IMG/VR virus record: IMGVR_UViG_3300042945_001689
Coordinates: 32,001-96,000 of that record
From: a virus
Direction: 5' to 3' (one strand)
DNA: 64,000 bases
Below, piece after piece: positions 1 to 11,317 of this stretch; the stretch's first letter is position 1; every line of letters begins with the position of its first letter. The translations under genes and the position numbers were made by a program. Below the pieces are notes generated by a model. It saw only the letters and a list, made by a program, of their open reading frames with translations, did no database searches and had not been told where the DNA came from.

Positions 1-900
1 AACAATAATGTTACTCGCATATCTCTCAAGAATCTTATCAACAATAAGGTTTCCAGTACCAGCAAACAGGGTCTTATCAAACTGAATTCTAAATTGATCT
101 GTATTATATGCAGAGGCATACCTCTTAAAATAATCTAACTTTCCACACTTAATGTCATCCATTAACATTAATGTTGCTTCTTTTATATCTGTAGGAACAA
201 CCTTATATCCTGCTTCTACCACAAACGTATAGTCTGAACCCTTAGAAAATGTATTGCCCCAGCCAATTGGACCAAGCCAGTCTGATTGTGCAGTAGGCAG
301 CATAAGCGGTGCTTGATCTGCTCTATTGTAAGCACCTGTAATTTCTTGAATAATAGCAGTTTTGTTGTCACTTAATTTATAAGTAACTCCAAAAATTGCT
401 GGCTCTGCCAAGGAAGAGTCATACCAAAGTTCGTTGTTTTGATATACCTTCAATACTTTACGTGCTCTATGTTTGATTGGAGCATAGTCTGTGTTAAGAC
501 CAGTATGCTCTATTGTTTCAGTTTTATAATAAAATCCACCAGTAATAGCATCAATAATTAATCTTGCTGTTAATTCTCTTTGAGTAATTTCCGCTATTTC
601 TGTTGCTGTTGTGCCAAGGCTTGCTGGATCAACATACGGCCTTGTAATTTGAAGCATATCTTCTACAACAACATCTTCATCAACCTCTTGAATTCTTAAC
701 GCATAAACTTTATCGTATAAATGCCACTCATCTGTTTCAAACGCATAGTTTATTTTTTTGCCTGTTGTTGATGTTATTCTTTCTTCTAAAATAACTACAT
801 CTCTATCTTCGTCTTCAATAATCAAATCATATGCTGTAGATGCTGCTGGTACATCATAGGAAATGCTTAACGGGTAAGGGGGAAGACGAAGTATTTTCAT
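1..900 (-). CDS. Probable head-tail adaptor / head completion protein (partial, runs off window edge)
   Basis: ATG at 900 (MKILRLPPYPLSISYDV...), frame appears open to position 1; lies downstream of the capsid gene; call is mostly positional. Confidence 0.5.
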   Translation of the reverse strand, partial: MKILRLPPYPLSISYDVPAASTAYDLIIEDEDRDVVILEERITSTTGKKINYAFETDEWHLYDKVYALRIQEVDEDVVVEDMLQITRPYVDPASLGTTATEIAEITQRELTARLIIDAITGGFYYKTETIEHTGLNTDYAPIKHRARKVLKVYQNNELWYDSSLAEPAIFGVTYKLSDNKTAIIQEITGAYNRADQAPLMLPTAQSDWLGPIGWGNTFSKGSDYTFVVEAGYKVVPTDIKEATLMLMDDIKCGKLDYFKRYASAYNTDQFRIQFDKTLFAGTGNLIVDKILERYASNIIV

Positions 901-1112
901 TTATTTTTGCCGTAATATTTTGCTAATTCAACGGCGCTAACCTCTCGTACAGACTTAGATTGTAAAAATACCTCTAAATTTCCTTTATCAATAATAGAAA
1001 ATCCTTGATCAACATGTCCATATCCTTCAAAATATAAATTCTTTTCAGAATAAATGACTGTTTGATCATTAACATCAGCCTTTGATGTTACCTTTTTGTT
1101 TGTAGTTGCCAT
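897..1112 (-). CDS. Hypothetical protein in head module
   Basis: 71 aa ORF with AGGAG RBS and own TGCTATAAT promoter. Confidence 0.7.
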   Translation of the reverse strand: MATTNKKVTSKADVNDQTVIYSEKNLYFEGYGHVDQGFSIIDKGNLEVFLQSKSVREVSAVELAKYYGKNK

Positions 1113-1154
1113 GTGTTACGCTCCTTAATAGTACCTTAATTATAGCAGATTGTT

Positions 1155-1183
1155 AAAAAGGGCAGAGGACGAATCCCCTGCCC
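1155..1183 (-). terminator. Rho-independent terminator after major capsid gene
   Basis: Minus strand GGGCAGGGGA-TTCG-TCCTCTGCCC followed by TTTTT. Confidence 0.85.
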
Positions 1184-1202
1184 TAATTAATTTTTTTAGT
1201 GA

Positions 1203-2324
1203 TTAGGAAGCAGCAATGTCCTTATAGGCAATTGCATCTTCTTCTTCAATCTGGATACCGAAACGGACAAACACTGTGTATTCGATAGTATCTTTCTTTG
1301 GTTGATACTGACGGTTTACAGTGATATCGCGTTGGAAGCCCCAGATACGGTTTGCTGGGAATGTCAAATCGACATAATCTGCTGGATAGTAAGGAACTTC
1401 CATTACGTCAATGCCGAGTACACGAGTGGTACGAGCATTGCCAATAACCTGTCCTTGACCATCAAGATACGCTTGACGATTTGCTTGTGTGCTACCTGTA
1501 CGGCTTGAAAAAGCCTCAGAAATAGCATCAGCAAGTGTACCGTTGTTGCGAACAATGCTCTGGAACACATCTGTACCTGCATAAAACTTAAGATTATTCT
1601 TAAGTGCACGATACTTACGTGGCATTGCATTGATAATACCCTGCATAACTGGAGTTGTCCAGTTATCGGATGTAACTGCTGGAAGCACAGAATCGTGTGC
1701 ATCTCCATTAGTTGTAATTAAGTGGTGGAAACCTTCCATGATTGACAAGAAGTTTCCTGTTGAACCATCTCCGTTGATAGCCAAATCTTCGATATCATTA
1801 CCGAATGCATTGGTCATCAAACGAACAAGATGATCTTCAAGTGCTGCACCTTCAACGTTATCTTCAAGTGCTTCTGTAGTAACTTCCCAATCAAGACGAA
1901 TCTTCTTGGTTGTTAATTCTACCTTAGTAAATGTTGCACCTGTGTTAGCAAAAGCACCATCTCCTTGAGCAGCAGCGCGAAGAACACGCTCACCAACGTT
2001 AACTTTTTCAAGTTCCATTGTGTTGGCTCGCATAGTAACTCTACGGCCATCCTTAGCGAGAACTGTAGCATCCCAGACATAATCAATAAATTGACGTGCC
2101 TGTTCTGGTCTCAGAATTCCACTAGCAGCAGATCCCGAAGGATTTACAGCGTTTGCACCAGTTGTTACACCGAATTGTGCGGTTGGGATGTTACCCAAGG
2201 TGCTTGCACCTGGAGTAGAAACACCACCGATTCCACCAGAAGCAAAGCCACCATCCGCGTTATATAAACCCGAGTCTGATGCGCCTGCGCTACCTGGTTG
2301 ATTCTTAATAATTTCTTCTGACAT
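1203..2324 (-). CDS. Major capsid protein (HK97 fold)
   Basis: GILRPEQARQFID, ITTEALEDN-like and FGNDIEDLAINGDG motifs; follows portal and protease; AGGAGG RBS favours ATG at 2324. Confidence 0.9.
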   Translation of the reverse strand: MSEEIIKNQPGSAGASDSGLYNADGGFASGGIGGVSTPGASTLGNIPTAQFGVTTGANAVNPSGSAASGILRPEQARQFIDYVWDATVLAKDGRRVTMRANTMELEKVNVGERVLRAAAQGDGAFANTGATFTKVELTTKKIRLDWEVTTEALEDNVEGAALEDHLVRLMTNAFGNDIEDLAINGDGSTGNFLSIMEGFHHLITTNGDAHDSVLPAVTSDNWTTPVMQGIINAMPRKYRALKNNLKFYAGTDVFQSIVRNNGTLADAISEAFSSRTGSTQANRQAYLDGQGQVIGNARTTRVLGIDVMEVPYYPADYVDLTFPANRIWGFQRDITVNRQYQPKKDTIEYTVFVRFGIQIEEEDAIAYKDIAAS

Positions 2325-2349
2325 ATTGTTCACCTCCTAGTGAATTTCC

Positions 2350-3642
2350 TTACTTAAATAGGTCGGTTGCGAGGAAACGACCGCCCCATAAGGATTTCTG
2401 AACCATTTCTGGTTCCTGTACGATTTCGCCTAGATCGCCAGATTTGCGGAAAGCAGTGTCTTGCTCTACAGCATCGACTCTCTTTCCAAACTCAGCATTA
2501 CTTTCTTTGACGTTCTTAACCTCTTTAGATACGTCTGTAATGGACTTGCTTAATTCAGCAACTTGAGTCTGGACCATCTTCATGGTCTCTTCATTCAAGG
2601 ACTTAATAGTTGCTGCTAGATCGCCAAAGGCACTCGCAAGAGTTTCTTTAATTTCGGCAACTGCATTGACTACCACCTCGTCAGATTTTACAATCTCTTC
2701 AGTTGCTTTTGCAACTTCATCTGACTTAGCAAGTTCAGTCTCAACAACTGCTTCGGCTGCCTCAGTTGTTTCAGCAACAATTGCTTCTTCAACTTCAACA
2801 CTCTTGGTAACAGTTTCAACATCTGTTGCCTTTGGAGCGACCTCAACATCTTCAACAACTTCTGTTGTTTCATTTGTCATAGGACTTACCTCCTTTTGAA
2901 TCTCAGTTGGACTAATACCTTTGGCACTATCAACTAAGAACTTTATCATGTTTGTTTTTTCATCATCATTTTTCTCAACAAAACCTATATTTTTCATTGC
3001 TTGTCCAGAAGTGGGGCTAACTTCTGTTTCATTTTCTGAAACCATAACAAGGCCAGACTCTTTGTCCCAAAATACGTTTTCTACAACAATATCTGCTGCA
3101 GAACCCTTAAAAACATTTATCCCATCTACTTTTTCAATAGAAATAATGCTTGCAAATTGATTTGCTGGGTTATCAACAAGTGAAAGTTCTATAAGATCAT
3201 AGTCTTTAATAATTCTAATTGGCTTATCCATTTTCTCATCATAGCCATCATCCCACTTATTCATTCTTCCGCCAATTGAAAAACCTGTATATGTTCCATC
3301 CAATACTTTCTCCCACGCATTTTGTGCGCCTTTTGATACATATGCAGAAACAAAAACACCAGAATAAAACTTCTTTGACTCTGGATCAAAATATTTATCT
3401 TCTTTAAATGCCACCATTTTGCCTACTGCAGATGGCTGATGCATTTCACGGATGTTCCCTCTAAACTGAGAAAAAGCCTTTAAACTAGCGTCATTTGTTA
3501 CAATATCGTTTTGTACATCAAGATTGTCAAGTGTTGCAAAACCTGATACAATTCTACGTTCCTTATCAACTTTAGCAAAAGGCATTGACAACCTTACGTT
3601 GTCTCCTTGTGTTGACCAGTGGGCTTTATTTATGATACTCAT
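2350..3642 (-). CDS. Prohead protease fused to acidic/coiled-coil scaffold region
   Basis: IREMH, GFSIGG and ELSLVDNPAN motifs of HK97-type proteases; long E/V/A/K-rich C-terminal half. Confidence 0.9.
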   Translation of the reverse strand: MSIINKAHWSTQGDNVRLSMPFAKVDKERRIVSGFATLDNLDVQNDIVTNDASLKAFSQFRGNIREMHQPSAVGKMVAFKEDKYFDPESKKFYSGVFVSAYVSKGAQNAWEKVLDGTYTGFSIGGRMNKWDDGYDEKMDKPIRIIKDYDLIELSLVDNPANQFASIISIEKVDGINVFKGSAADIVVENVFWDKESGLVMVSENETEVSPTSGQAMKNIGFVEKNDDEKTNMIKFLVDSAKGISPTEIQKEVSPMTNETTEVVEDVEVAPKATDVETVTKSVEVEEAIVAETTEAAEAVVETELAKSDEVAKATEEIVKSDEVVVNAVAEIKETLASAFGDLAATIKSLNEETMKMVQTQVAELSKSITDVSKEVKNVKESNAEFGKRVDAVEQDTAFRKSGDLGEIVQEPEMVQKSLWGGRFLATDLFK

Positions 3643-3683
3643 ATCACATCCATTATATCAACTATTTTATCAGTTTGTTGATA

Positions 3684-5285
3684 TTATGTGGAAGACCTTC
3701 CCTCTCCTTGTGGATTACGTCCAGAAATTGTGGATGGAGAGTCTGAATTGTTATTTGTTCTTTGAGAGTCTCTTTCTCTATTTCCAGAAAGATTTGCTCT
3801 AGCATCTGTTGCTTGTCTTGCAGACATCTCAAATGGTGCATCTCCATCTGGTCTTTGTGGCAAGCCAATAGCCTCTCTAGCCTCGTTTGGCATCATAACC
3901 TGAGTCTTAACATATCTTTCTAGAATCTGAGATTGTGCAATTTCATCAGTTAATGTAAGTTCATTAAACTTAAGTTCAAGAATATCTGTTTTTTCACGAA
4001 CAACTTTGTTAATAAGTTTTTCTAATTCTTGTTGTGCTGGTCTAGCAACCTGCTCTTTGAATGTTCTATCTTGTGATAAAGCAGCAGCAATTGATCCACT
4101 ATCTGATCCACCCAGTTTAGAAATGGGCACTTGATGAGCAATCAAAATGTCATCACGATTTCTAATTCTATATTCATTAAATGAAGCCTCTTGAATTCCA
4201 TTTTCAATTGGATCCATTTTAAACTCAACTTTATTATTTTCACTATCTCCAGGAAGTGGGATATAAAGCGTTCTATGTGATTGTGATTTTAATCCAGTTT
4301 GTAAGAACCTAAACATCTTATCTTCTGCGTCTGCGCTTAATTTTGCACCCTTAAGAGTAATTATGTATCTAGGAACTGCCTTATTTTCAAAATAATCAAT
4401 GTTATATTGTGTTGCTAGTTGATCTCCAACAAGTGCTGGCAATGCAGCAATAATATCTGGTACACCATAATATGTGTTTAATGGTGAGTATTGTTTAAAG
4501 TGAATAATTTCATTTGGTCTACGATCTGTTGTAATTGGGTTTGGATTCTTTGCCCCAAAATTTCTAAAGTAAATTACAGATGGACCAATAATTTGAACAT
4601 AACCATCTCTTAGTCTGCGAACACGAATAGTTGTGGCTGGAATGTGTCCAATATACCCAATCTCTCCAGCAACAGTACGACCAATTTCTAGATATGCATT
4701 GCCAGTTGCTTGCATATCTACATAGATTTTTTCCATTGTTTTCGTAAAACTATCATCATCATTAAGGCCCTCTAGCCAATCTTTCATTTCAATCTTTGCA
4801 CGTTCAATACGCTTTCTTGCTCTACCCAAGGATGTCTCATCTTCAACATTTTCAAGTTTAAGCATTGTACGTGAACCAACGACAAAGTCATATCCAAGAC
4901 CAACAACATTTTCTACTTTTGCATCAATCGCTGCATGATTTGCAAAAGAAGTGTCATAATAATTTGCTAATTCATAAAGATTATATGGTGGTGTAATAAC
5001 ATCAAATAATCCGTAGCCATTTCTAATTACTGCACCAGGATTAATAGCCTTTGATCGTGCATCTTCAACACCTGCTGGACTTGAGTTTGCACTATTAAGA
5101 TATGCAGTTGCTGCTGTATCTGCCTTGCCTAAATTTCTTGATGTGCGTCTTTTAAAGTTTTGATCTAAATTTGCTAAACCCTTTAAATCATCCCAAGACT
5201 TTCCAAAAATATCGTTTTTCTTAAAGGTGTCATCTTTTTCTACTGGATCGCTAATTGAAGCGCCAATAATGTAATCTTCATTCAT
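3684..5285 (-). CDS. Portal protein
   Basis: GNAYLEI, EIIHFK, YYGVP, YFENKAVP, NEAREAIGLP motifs of phage portals. Confidence 0.92.
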   Translation of the reverse strand: MNEDYIIGASISDPVEKDDTFKKNDIFGKSWDDLKGLANLDQNFKRRTSRNLGKADTAATAYLNSANSSPAGVEDARSKAINPGAVIRNGYGLFDVITPPYNLYELANYYDTSFANHAAIDAKVENVVGLGYDFVVGSRTMLKLENVEDETSLGRARKRIERAKIEMKDWLEGLNDDDSFTKTMEKIYVDMQATGNAYLEIGRTVAGEIGYIGHIPATTIRVRRLRDGYVQIIGPSVIYFRNFGAKNPNPITTDRRPNEIIHFKQYSPLNTYYGVPDIIAALPALVGDQLATQYNIDYFENKAVPRYIITLKGAKLSADAEDKMFRFLQTGLKSQSHRTLYIPLPGDSENNKVEFKMDPIENGIQEASFNEYRIRNRDDILIAHQVPISKLGGSDSGSIAAALSQDRTFKEQVARPAQQELEKLINKVVREKTDILELKFNELTLTDEIAQSQILERYVKTQVMMPNEAREAIGLPQRPDGDAPFEMSARQATDARANLSGNRERDSQRTNNNSDSPSTISGRNPQGEGRSST

Positions 5286-5650
5286 TATTCTTCACCATGT
5301 TCCTTTAATGTTTGCTGTGCATCATAAACTGCACCAAGATCGTTCATGTTTGGAATAAGACCTTCACGCATTCTTGATAGTTGCTCTGTATATTCCATCT
5401 CACTTACTCTTTTAATTCCTGCATGAAATTCTGCATGACCACCTTCACAGCCATAATATTCCGCTGATCTTCTTAACTCAGCCATTTTTTGTATATCGCC
5501 ACGCATTGATGGTATGTTAAGAAGGTTTCCATGACCATCTCCAAACGCCTTTCCATTAGGCTTCATCCAAATATAAATACCCCAGTCGTAACCTTTTTCA
5601 ATTACTTTGAGTTTAGTTTTACCAACTTTTTCTGGTTTTGAATTATTCAT
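5285..5650 (-). CDS. Hypothetical protein
   Basis: ORF coupled to portal start; TGGTATACT 7 nt upstream of ATG 5650. Confidence 0.7.
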   Translation of the reverse strand: MNNSKPEKVGKTKLKVIEKGYDWGIYIWMKPNGKAFGDGHGNLLNIPSMRGDIQKMAELRRSAEYYGCEGGHAEFHAGIKRVSEMEYTEQLSRMREGLIPNMNDLGAVYDAQQTLKEHGEE

Positions 5651-5668
5651 AACCACAAGTATACCATA

Positions 5669-8600
5669 TTATGCTGGGGTGACAATATATTCTTGCCAGG
5701 ATGTGTCCTGATATGCAGCAACGCTATTTGATACTATTCTAAAATCATTATTAAAATCATCTACGACAGTTGTTCTATTTCCAATATATGTCTTATAGAC
5801 TTCTGATGGATTAACAATATATCTAGAATCTCTAGACCTAATTAACATATTGTTCCAGTCTCCTTCATTTTCCCACCCCTGCCAACTAGCCTCTTCATCT
5901 TCAACTTCCTGCCAAGTTCTTAAAACAAGGCGTTGTACTACCTGCAAGGCTGTTCCTTGATAAAAAGAAATATTGTTAAACATCATCAAATATTTCAAAA
6001 CAATACTTCCAGAATAATTATCAAAATTTAAAGATGAGTTAAATGATATACCAAAAGAATACCATTGCTGAATATCAATAACTGGTTGACCAACTAATTT
6101 ACCATTTAAATAATATGACAAATCTGTAAAAATAGTACCAGATGACCTTAACTTGCTAAATATAACTCCTCGCTTTCCAGTTGATGAGTTTGACTGGATG
6201 TAGAAATCTAAAGAATCTCCTTTATAATTAACTTCAAATATCTTAACTGGATTTTCTGGAAATGCATAAAGGTCACATCTTGTAAACATTTGTATAGCAC
6301 TTAAAGAATATTTATCTATAAGTGTTGATGAAACTGGTATTGAAACTCCTCTTTCAATATCATTGATACCATTTCGTAATTCTAGACCACTCTTTCTTGT
6401 TAAATATAAATATGGAGTATTGTCTTTATCAATAATTAATGGATTTTTTCCTTTATGGCCAGTATAAAATCCAACTTTTTTAAATGGATAAAGATCTATT
6501 CCATATTTTGTTCCAATTGGTGTACTAGATGTATAGTTTAGCGTTCTTGCAGCAAACTCTAGTTTTCTCAAAAAAACTTTTTTCTTTAAAATACTTTTTA
6601 CTTTAAAGTTAACAAAATATATTAATGACATATTTTCTAAATTAACATTTTTATCTGGATATATTAAATAGCCATCCACTAACTCAAACTTTTTATCTGT
6701 CCATGATGTTGTATTTAAATCTAAAACTCTTGACTGGTTTGCAGAAACATCTGTATAATCTTCATCTGGTTTTGAATATCCATTCGATGTATAGTCAAAT
6801 GCTATGTAAGATCTGACAGATGCGTCTGATGTAGAATATGTATTTGATACAGAAGAATTAGTCCAATAGTTTTGTCCTGCTGCTGGGATATCTGATGGAG
6901 ACGGATAATCAATGTTAAACTGAACATAATCTAAATCACTAACTATATTATTTTCTGAGTTTGCTACTTGAGACATTAATGAGGATACTGGCAGATAATC
7001 TCTCCAGTATCCCGCCACTGAAATATCTAAAAAGAATTTACCGTATTCTTTAAATGGAGAGAGTGTATAACTTGCAATATGTGGTAGCAAAGAAGAATAG
7101 GCATTTATTGTTGCAGTACCATTAGAAGCAAAATGATGATCTATTTCTAAAGAATTTTTAATAGTTGATATTCCAAAAGTATAAATTCTACCAGTAAACT
7201 TGTTATCATCAAAATCATTGCCAACATACATTTTTAAAGATAATGAATTAGATAAAAATTGAGATAACCCTAATATATTATTGCTTAAAAGTTTACTAAA
7301 CTCAAAACCAGCAACAAACTCGTGTAATGGAATTACACCAGATGCAATTGTAGAAATTGTTCCATTATAACAAAAGACATAGTTAATACTTCCATTACTT
7401 GCAAGTCTTCTAACTTTTAAATAATTGTTGTTATCTTGAAATAAACAAATCAAAGTTTGATCTGTTGAAGAACTTGTAAACTCAAAAATACCATATATAG
7501 CATTAATTGGTGATTGAATAAAACTTAAATCATTAAAATAAATAGAAGAATTTACTGTATTCCATGTTGAGTTAGGATTAAGAGAGAAAAATGCTTCGCC
7601 ATCATCTTGTATTGCAAAACTATCTTCTTCTAACTCTGATAAAGTTTTTGTTCCTAAATTAAATGTTGGCAAACTATATTCTGGAGTTTTTAATGATGTA
7701 TCTGTTGCATTTAAATTATCGATGTCTGCTTGTTGCCACGATAGATTTAATGGGTATGTTTTATTATTATTATACTTAGAAACAGAGTAATCAATTTCTA
7801 CTGATGTACCTCCATAATAACTATCAATAACTTCAGAAGACAATGGAATGCCTTGTCCATAAACATAATGCGATTTAGCAACTAGTGTTGACATAGAATA
7901 TGGAAAGATAGAAAATGATCCCAAAATAATTGGATCTACAACATTATCTTTATATGCATAAAATCCAATCCAGTCATTGCTTTTATCATTTAATGTAAAT
8001 TCTTCTGGCAAAGTTAAATCTTTTGTAGTAAAAGATAATTGTCCAACTTCTTCTCCATTTACCAATAAAGTAGCAGAATCTTTAATAAGTCTAATATGAA
8101 CTAGCATTGGCCTAAACCATTCGCCAACGTAATGAGAAACAAAATTATTTCCAACTACTAGAGTTAAAAATGCATTTTCTACATATAAACCATCTGTAGA
8201 AGTAATTGGACCAAATATTCTTTTTGGTGTGGTTGCATTAGAATCTATATTAAGCCAACATTCTACTGTGTAATCTTGATTTCTACCCGCCTCGTTTAAA
8301 AATCCACAACCTGGAAAAATAATTGATGGTTTTGCACTAATAATAAATTCACTTTGATCAAGATCTCTTAAACTTTGCCATGTTTCGTTTTCTTCCCAAT
8401 ATGCCCAATCCTCTTCTGCAGTTTGATCCCATGACTGGGTAGTAAGCAATTCTTCATGTGGTATCAATTCTATAGAACCACTAGATCCAAAAACAAGTGG
8501 AATTGATCCATCCCTAGCAACAAGATTATTATTTGCTACAACATAGTATCCATTGCGATCTGAAAGACCATATGCATCTGCAACTACTACACCATCTAAA

Positions 8601-9268
8601 TTTAAATTTATAGAAGATGGTAAATTTATTTTTTGTTTACCTAATGATTCCGCATGGTATTCTTCACATAATTGTCCCATTGTTAGCCCATGCCAACTAA
8701 ACCGATAATCTGATGATGATGAGCCTGCTGTGCTTGTTGTTATTTTAACAAGAATATCAATTGCCTCATTTGTTACTCCAGCAGGTATGTCGAAAGTACC
8801 AGAGACAAAAAACCATCCTGTTTTTTCTTGTGTATTAGAAAAATTTAAATCTTTATATACTGTTGATCCACCAGAATACTTATAGCCAATAGAAAGTTTA
8901 GTTAGATGTCTGCTTTCTGAATAAACCCAGGCACCAATACAAAAAGTTTGAAGATTAATGTCAAGATCATCAAAACCTATAAAGCCTGGAGTTTCTAATA
9001 CTATTGGACTATTTTCATTTATAATTTCAACAGAAAGAATATCTTCTTCAGGAAATGGGTACGGAGACATTGATTTAATTACTGCAGATGCTGGAGAATA
9101 CGTTGTTACTGCATTTGTAACAGTCCAATCTTCGTACCCAGTAAATAAATCTGCTCTAACTGCATCACTAATCAAACTAATATAATCAGCACTATCGTCT
9201 AAATGCCAGATGGCAATAGGATGCTCTGCATATAGTTTTTCAGCATACAGATTTGATAAAACTGTCAT
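5669..9268 (-). CDS. Large virion structural protein with probable LamG/concanavalin-like beta domains
   Basis: 1199 aa, beta-rich; HPIAIWHLDD, YTVECWL and TLLVNGEEV resemble LamG segments. Confidence 0.55.
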   Translation of the reverse strand: MTVLSNLYAEKLYAEHPIAIWHLDDSADYISLISDAVRADLFTGYEDWTVTNAVTTYSPASAVIKSMSPYPFPEEDILSVEIINENSPIVLETPGFIGFDDLDINLQTFCIGAWVYSESRHLTKLSIGYKYSGGSTVYKDLNFSNTQEKTGWFFVSGTFDIPAGVTNEAIDILVKITTSTAGSSSSDYRFSWHGLTMGQLCEEYHAESLGKQKINLPSSINLNLDGVVVADAYGLSDRNGYYVVANNNLVARDGSIPLVFGSSGSIELIPHEELLTTQSWDQTAEEDWAYWEENETWQSLRDLDQSEFIISAKPSIIFPGCGFLNEAGRNQDYTVECWLNIDSNATTPKRIFGPITSTDGLYVENAFLTLVVGNNFVSHYVGEWFRPMLVHIRLIKDSATLLVNGEEVGQLSFTTKDLTLPEEFTLNDKSNDWIGFYAYKDNVVDPIILGSFSIFPYSMSTLVAKSHYVYGQGIPLSSEVIDSYYGGTSVEIDYSVSKYNNNKTYPLNLSWQQADIDNLNATDTSLKTPEYSLPTFNLGTKTLSELEEDSFAIQDDGEAFFSLNPNSTWNTVNSSIYFNDLSFIQSPINAIYGIFEFTSSSTDQTLICLFQDNNNYLKVRRLASNGSINYVFCYNGTISTIASGVIPLHEFVAGFEFSKLLSNNILGLSQFLSNSLSLKMYVGNDFDDNKFTGRIYTFGISTIKNSLEIDHHFASNGTATINAYSSLLPHIASYTLSPFKEYGKFFLDISVAGYWRDYLPVSSLMSQVANSENNIVSDLDYVQFNIDYPSPSDIPAAGQNYWTNSSVSNTYSTSDASVRSYIAFDYTSNGYSKPDEDYTDVSANQSRVLDLNTTSWTDKKFELVDGYLIYPDKNVNLENMSLIYFVNFKVKSILKKKVFLRKLEFAARTLNYTSSTPIGTKYGIDLYPFKKVGFYTGHKGKNPLIIDKDNTPYLYLTRKSGLELRNGINDIERGVSIPVSSTLIDKYSLSAIQMFTRCDLYAFPENPVKIFEVNYKGDSLDFYIQSNSSTGKRGVIFSKLRSSGTIFTDLSYYLNGKLVGQPVIDIQQWYSFGISFNSSLNFDNYSGSIVLKYLMMFNNISFYQGTALQVVQRLVLRTWQEVEDEEASWQGWENEGDWNNMLIRSRDSRYIVNPSEVYKTYIGNRTTVVDDFNNDFRIVSNSVAAYQDTSWQEYIVTPA

Positions 9269-9283
9269 AGTAGCCTAATTATA

Positions 9284-11317
9284 TCAGGAAACAGTTTTAA
9301 TTTCACAATAGTCTGTAGTACAGTACATTTCTCCAATAGAATCAAGATTTTCAACACCATCATAAATTGCATCAAAGTTAATATGAGCAACCTTTCCAAC
9401 ATAAACATCATACTCTTCTTTAGTAATTTGTGTGTATGGCTGTTGTGGATAGGTATGATTTCCCATTGGGAGGAATGAAACTGCTTTTAATTGACCTTCA
9501 TACATGTGAAGTGCTGGAGCAATATGTTTTGTTTCTGTTTCTTTGTCAAAAGATAAAGTTACAGAGACTCCATTATCTGACCAATATTTTTGTGTAGTTG
9601 CAGCAAGACCAATCTTTTCAAAAAGACTTACATCCTTCTCTGATCTTGGATGTCCTGAAGACACTGGGAAGTATACTACGCTAGTATTTGCCGATACTAA
9701 ATCATCTTCAATTTTATACCCTGCTGCTTTAAATAAATGCAACATTGGATCTGTATTTCCAAAACGAATTGCACGTAAGAAATATTCTCCACCAACAGAC
9801 CAATGAACTCCTGGAGATGCTCCAGAAAGTAATGAGACAGATCCTGAAGGTTTTACAGTAGTTACACGAATTGACTCACGAACACATAGCCATTCTGAAT
9901 ATTGCTTATCGTAATGGCGAATCTTTTTATATCCTTCGTCCATCCACTCTCTGGTTGTTGGCATTCCATTAATATCAGTGAAAGATGCAATTCCAGTTAA
10001 AGATGTTCCAATTCTGCGGTTTCTTTGCATAATACCGTTTGTAATTTGCCAATGTGTTGGAAGTAATGTTACAGTTTTTCCATAAAGATATGCAAACTTT
10101 AGTGTACGCATAAAATCTTCTTTATCTGTGTGACGATTTAAATGAACTTCAACAAGTGTACAAAGTTCATAGGACTCTAGTGGTTGTTCCGCACAAGGAT
10201 TAAAACCCATAACACGATAATCTTTTCCATCTGCTGGATCTGCTAATCTTCCATAATTTCTTGCAACATCAAGCCAAATAAAACCAGGCTCTCCGTTATC
10301 TGCAATTAAATCTACATAGTCTTCATAATGAGTTCCAACTTCAGCAGAGATTGAGTTATTACTCATCCATGCCCACCCTGGATTTTCTGAATCAAATGAG
10401 TTACGATCTGGAAATACTTCTGAGTTTTTAAGATTAATAAAGTCTTTATCATTTGGATTTCCAAGAGCAAGAGTTGCAGATCTTCGAACATTTCCAGAAA
10501 CAACACATGTTCCAATAAGATTTACAATATCTACGATTGCTCTAGAATCTAACTTCTCTCCTGCTCTGGAGCCAATAACTTTGCGTATCCTTGTATGTAG
10601 ATCAATCAATGGTTTTGGACCGCTTGCAACCCCACCAAAGCCTTTAATTGGTGCTCCTAGAGGACGGATCAGATCATAGTTAAATTCTTGAATTGGTTGA
10701 TTTGTTCTTAAGAATGAATTAAGCAAAAGCCTAACAGATTCTACCCAACCTTCACGAGTATCTGGAATATCATATACAGATGCTGGTTCTGTTGGTGCAT
10801 AAATAGATAAATCTTTTTCTTGACCTACCGTGTCAAATCCAACTCCGATTCCAAGCATTAAAGCATCCATAACCCACGCAAATAAAGATCCAGGATCATT
10901 ACGATCAATATCTCTGGTTGAAACCATCGCACAGTTCTGAAGAGAAGCAGAGTTTTTCTTTTCCATTGTCATTGGAGTACCAAAAGCCCATAGACCTCTT
11001 CCTGGTGGAGTCCACTTCAAAGTAAACATACGGTCATAGGCTTCTTGTGCTGATTTTTGTGCCTTATAGTCATTCCAAGGTAGTCTGTTTTCTTTTGCAT
11101 GATTCTTTTGTACTGAATACATACCTTCGATCACTCTTTTACAAACCTCATGCCATCTTTCCTTAGTTCCATCCTCTTTTACACGGGAATAAGTACGGAT
11201 AAAAGTAATCTCTCCTAATGAGTTAAGACCAGCATCCTTAAAGCCAAAAGGAGGCTCTATTTCTGCATATTTTGTAACAAAATCATCGGAAAGGCGAAAA
11301 GAAAAAACATCTGACAT
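9284..11317 (-). CDS. nrdJ: Class II (B12-dependent) monomeric ribonucleoside-triphosphate reductase
   Basis: PPGRGLW, GNVRRSA, NPCAEQ (catalytic), TTVKPSGSVS and C-terminal CxxDxC. Confidence 0.93.
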   Translation of the reverse strand: MSDVFSFRLSDDFVTKYAEIEPPFGFKDAGLNSLGEITFIRTYSRVKEDGTKERWHEVCKRVIEGMYSVQKNHAKENRLPWNDYKAQKSAQEAYDRMFTLKWTPPGRGLWAFGTPMTMEKKNSASLQNCAMVSTRDIDRNDPGSLFAWVMDALMLGIGVGFDTVGQEKDLSIYAPTEPASVYDIPDTREGWVESVRLLLNSFLRTNQPIQEFNYDLIRPLGAPIKGFGGVASGPKPLIDLHTRIRKVIGSRAGEKLDSRAIVDIVNLIGTCVVSGNVRRSATLALGNPNDKDFINLKNSEVFPDRNSFDSENPGWAWMSNNSISAEVGTHYEDYVDLIADNGEPGFIWLDVARNYGRLADPADGKDYRVMGFNPCAEQPLESYELCTLVEVHLNRHTDKEDFMRTLKFAYLYGKTVTLLPTHWQITNGIMQRNRRIGTSLTGIASFTDINGMPTTREWMDEGYKKIRHYDKQYSEWLCVRESIRVTTVKPSGSVSLLSGASPGVHWSVGGEYFLRAIRFGNTDPMLHLFKAAGYKIEDDLVSANTSVVYFPVSSGHPRSEKDVSLFEKIGLAATTQKYWSDNGVSVTLSFDKETETKHIAPALHMYEGQLKAVSFLPMGNHTYPQQPYTQITKEEYDVYVGKVAHINFDAIYDGVENLDSIGEMYCTTDYCEIKTVS

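Noticed and set aside
9284-11317. Intein or intron in the reductase
   Set aside because: Length and motif spacing fit an uninterrupted monomeric class II RNR.
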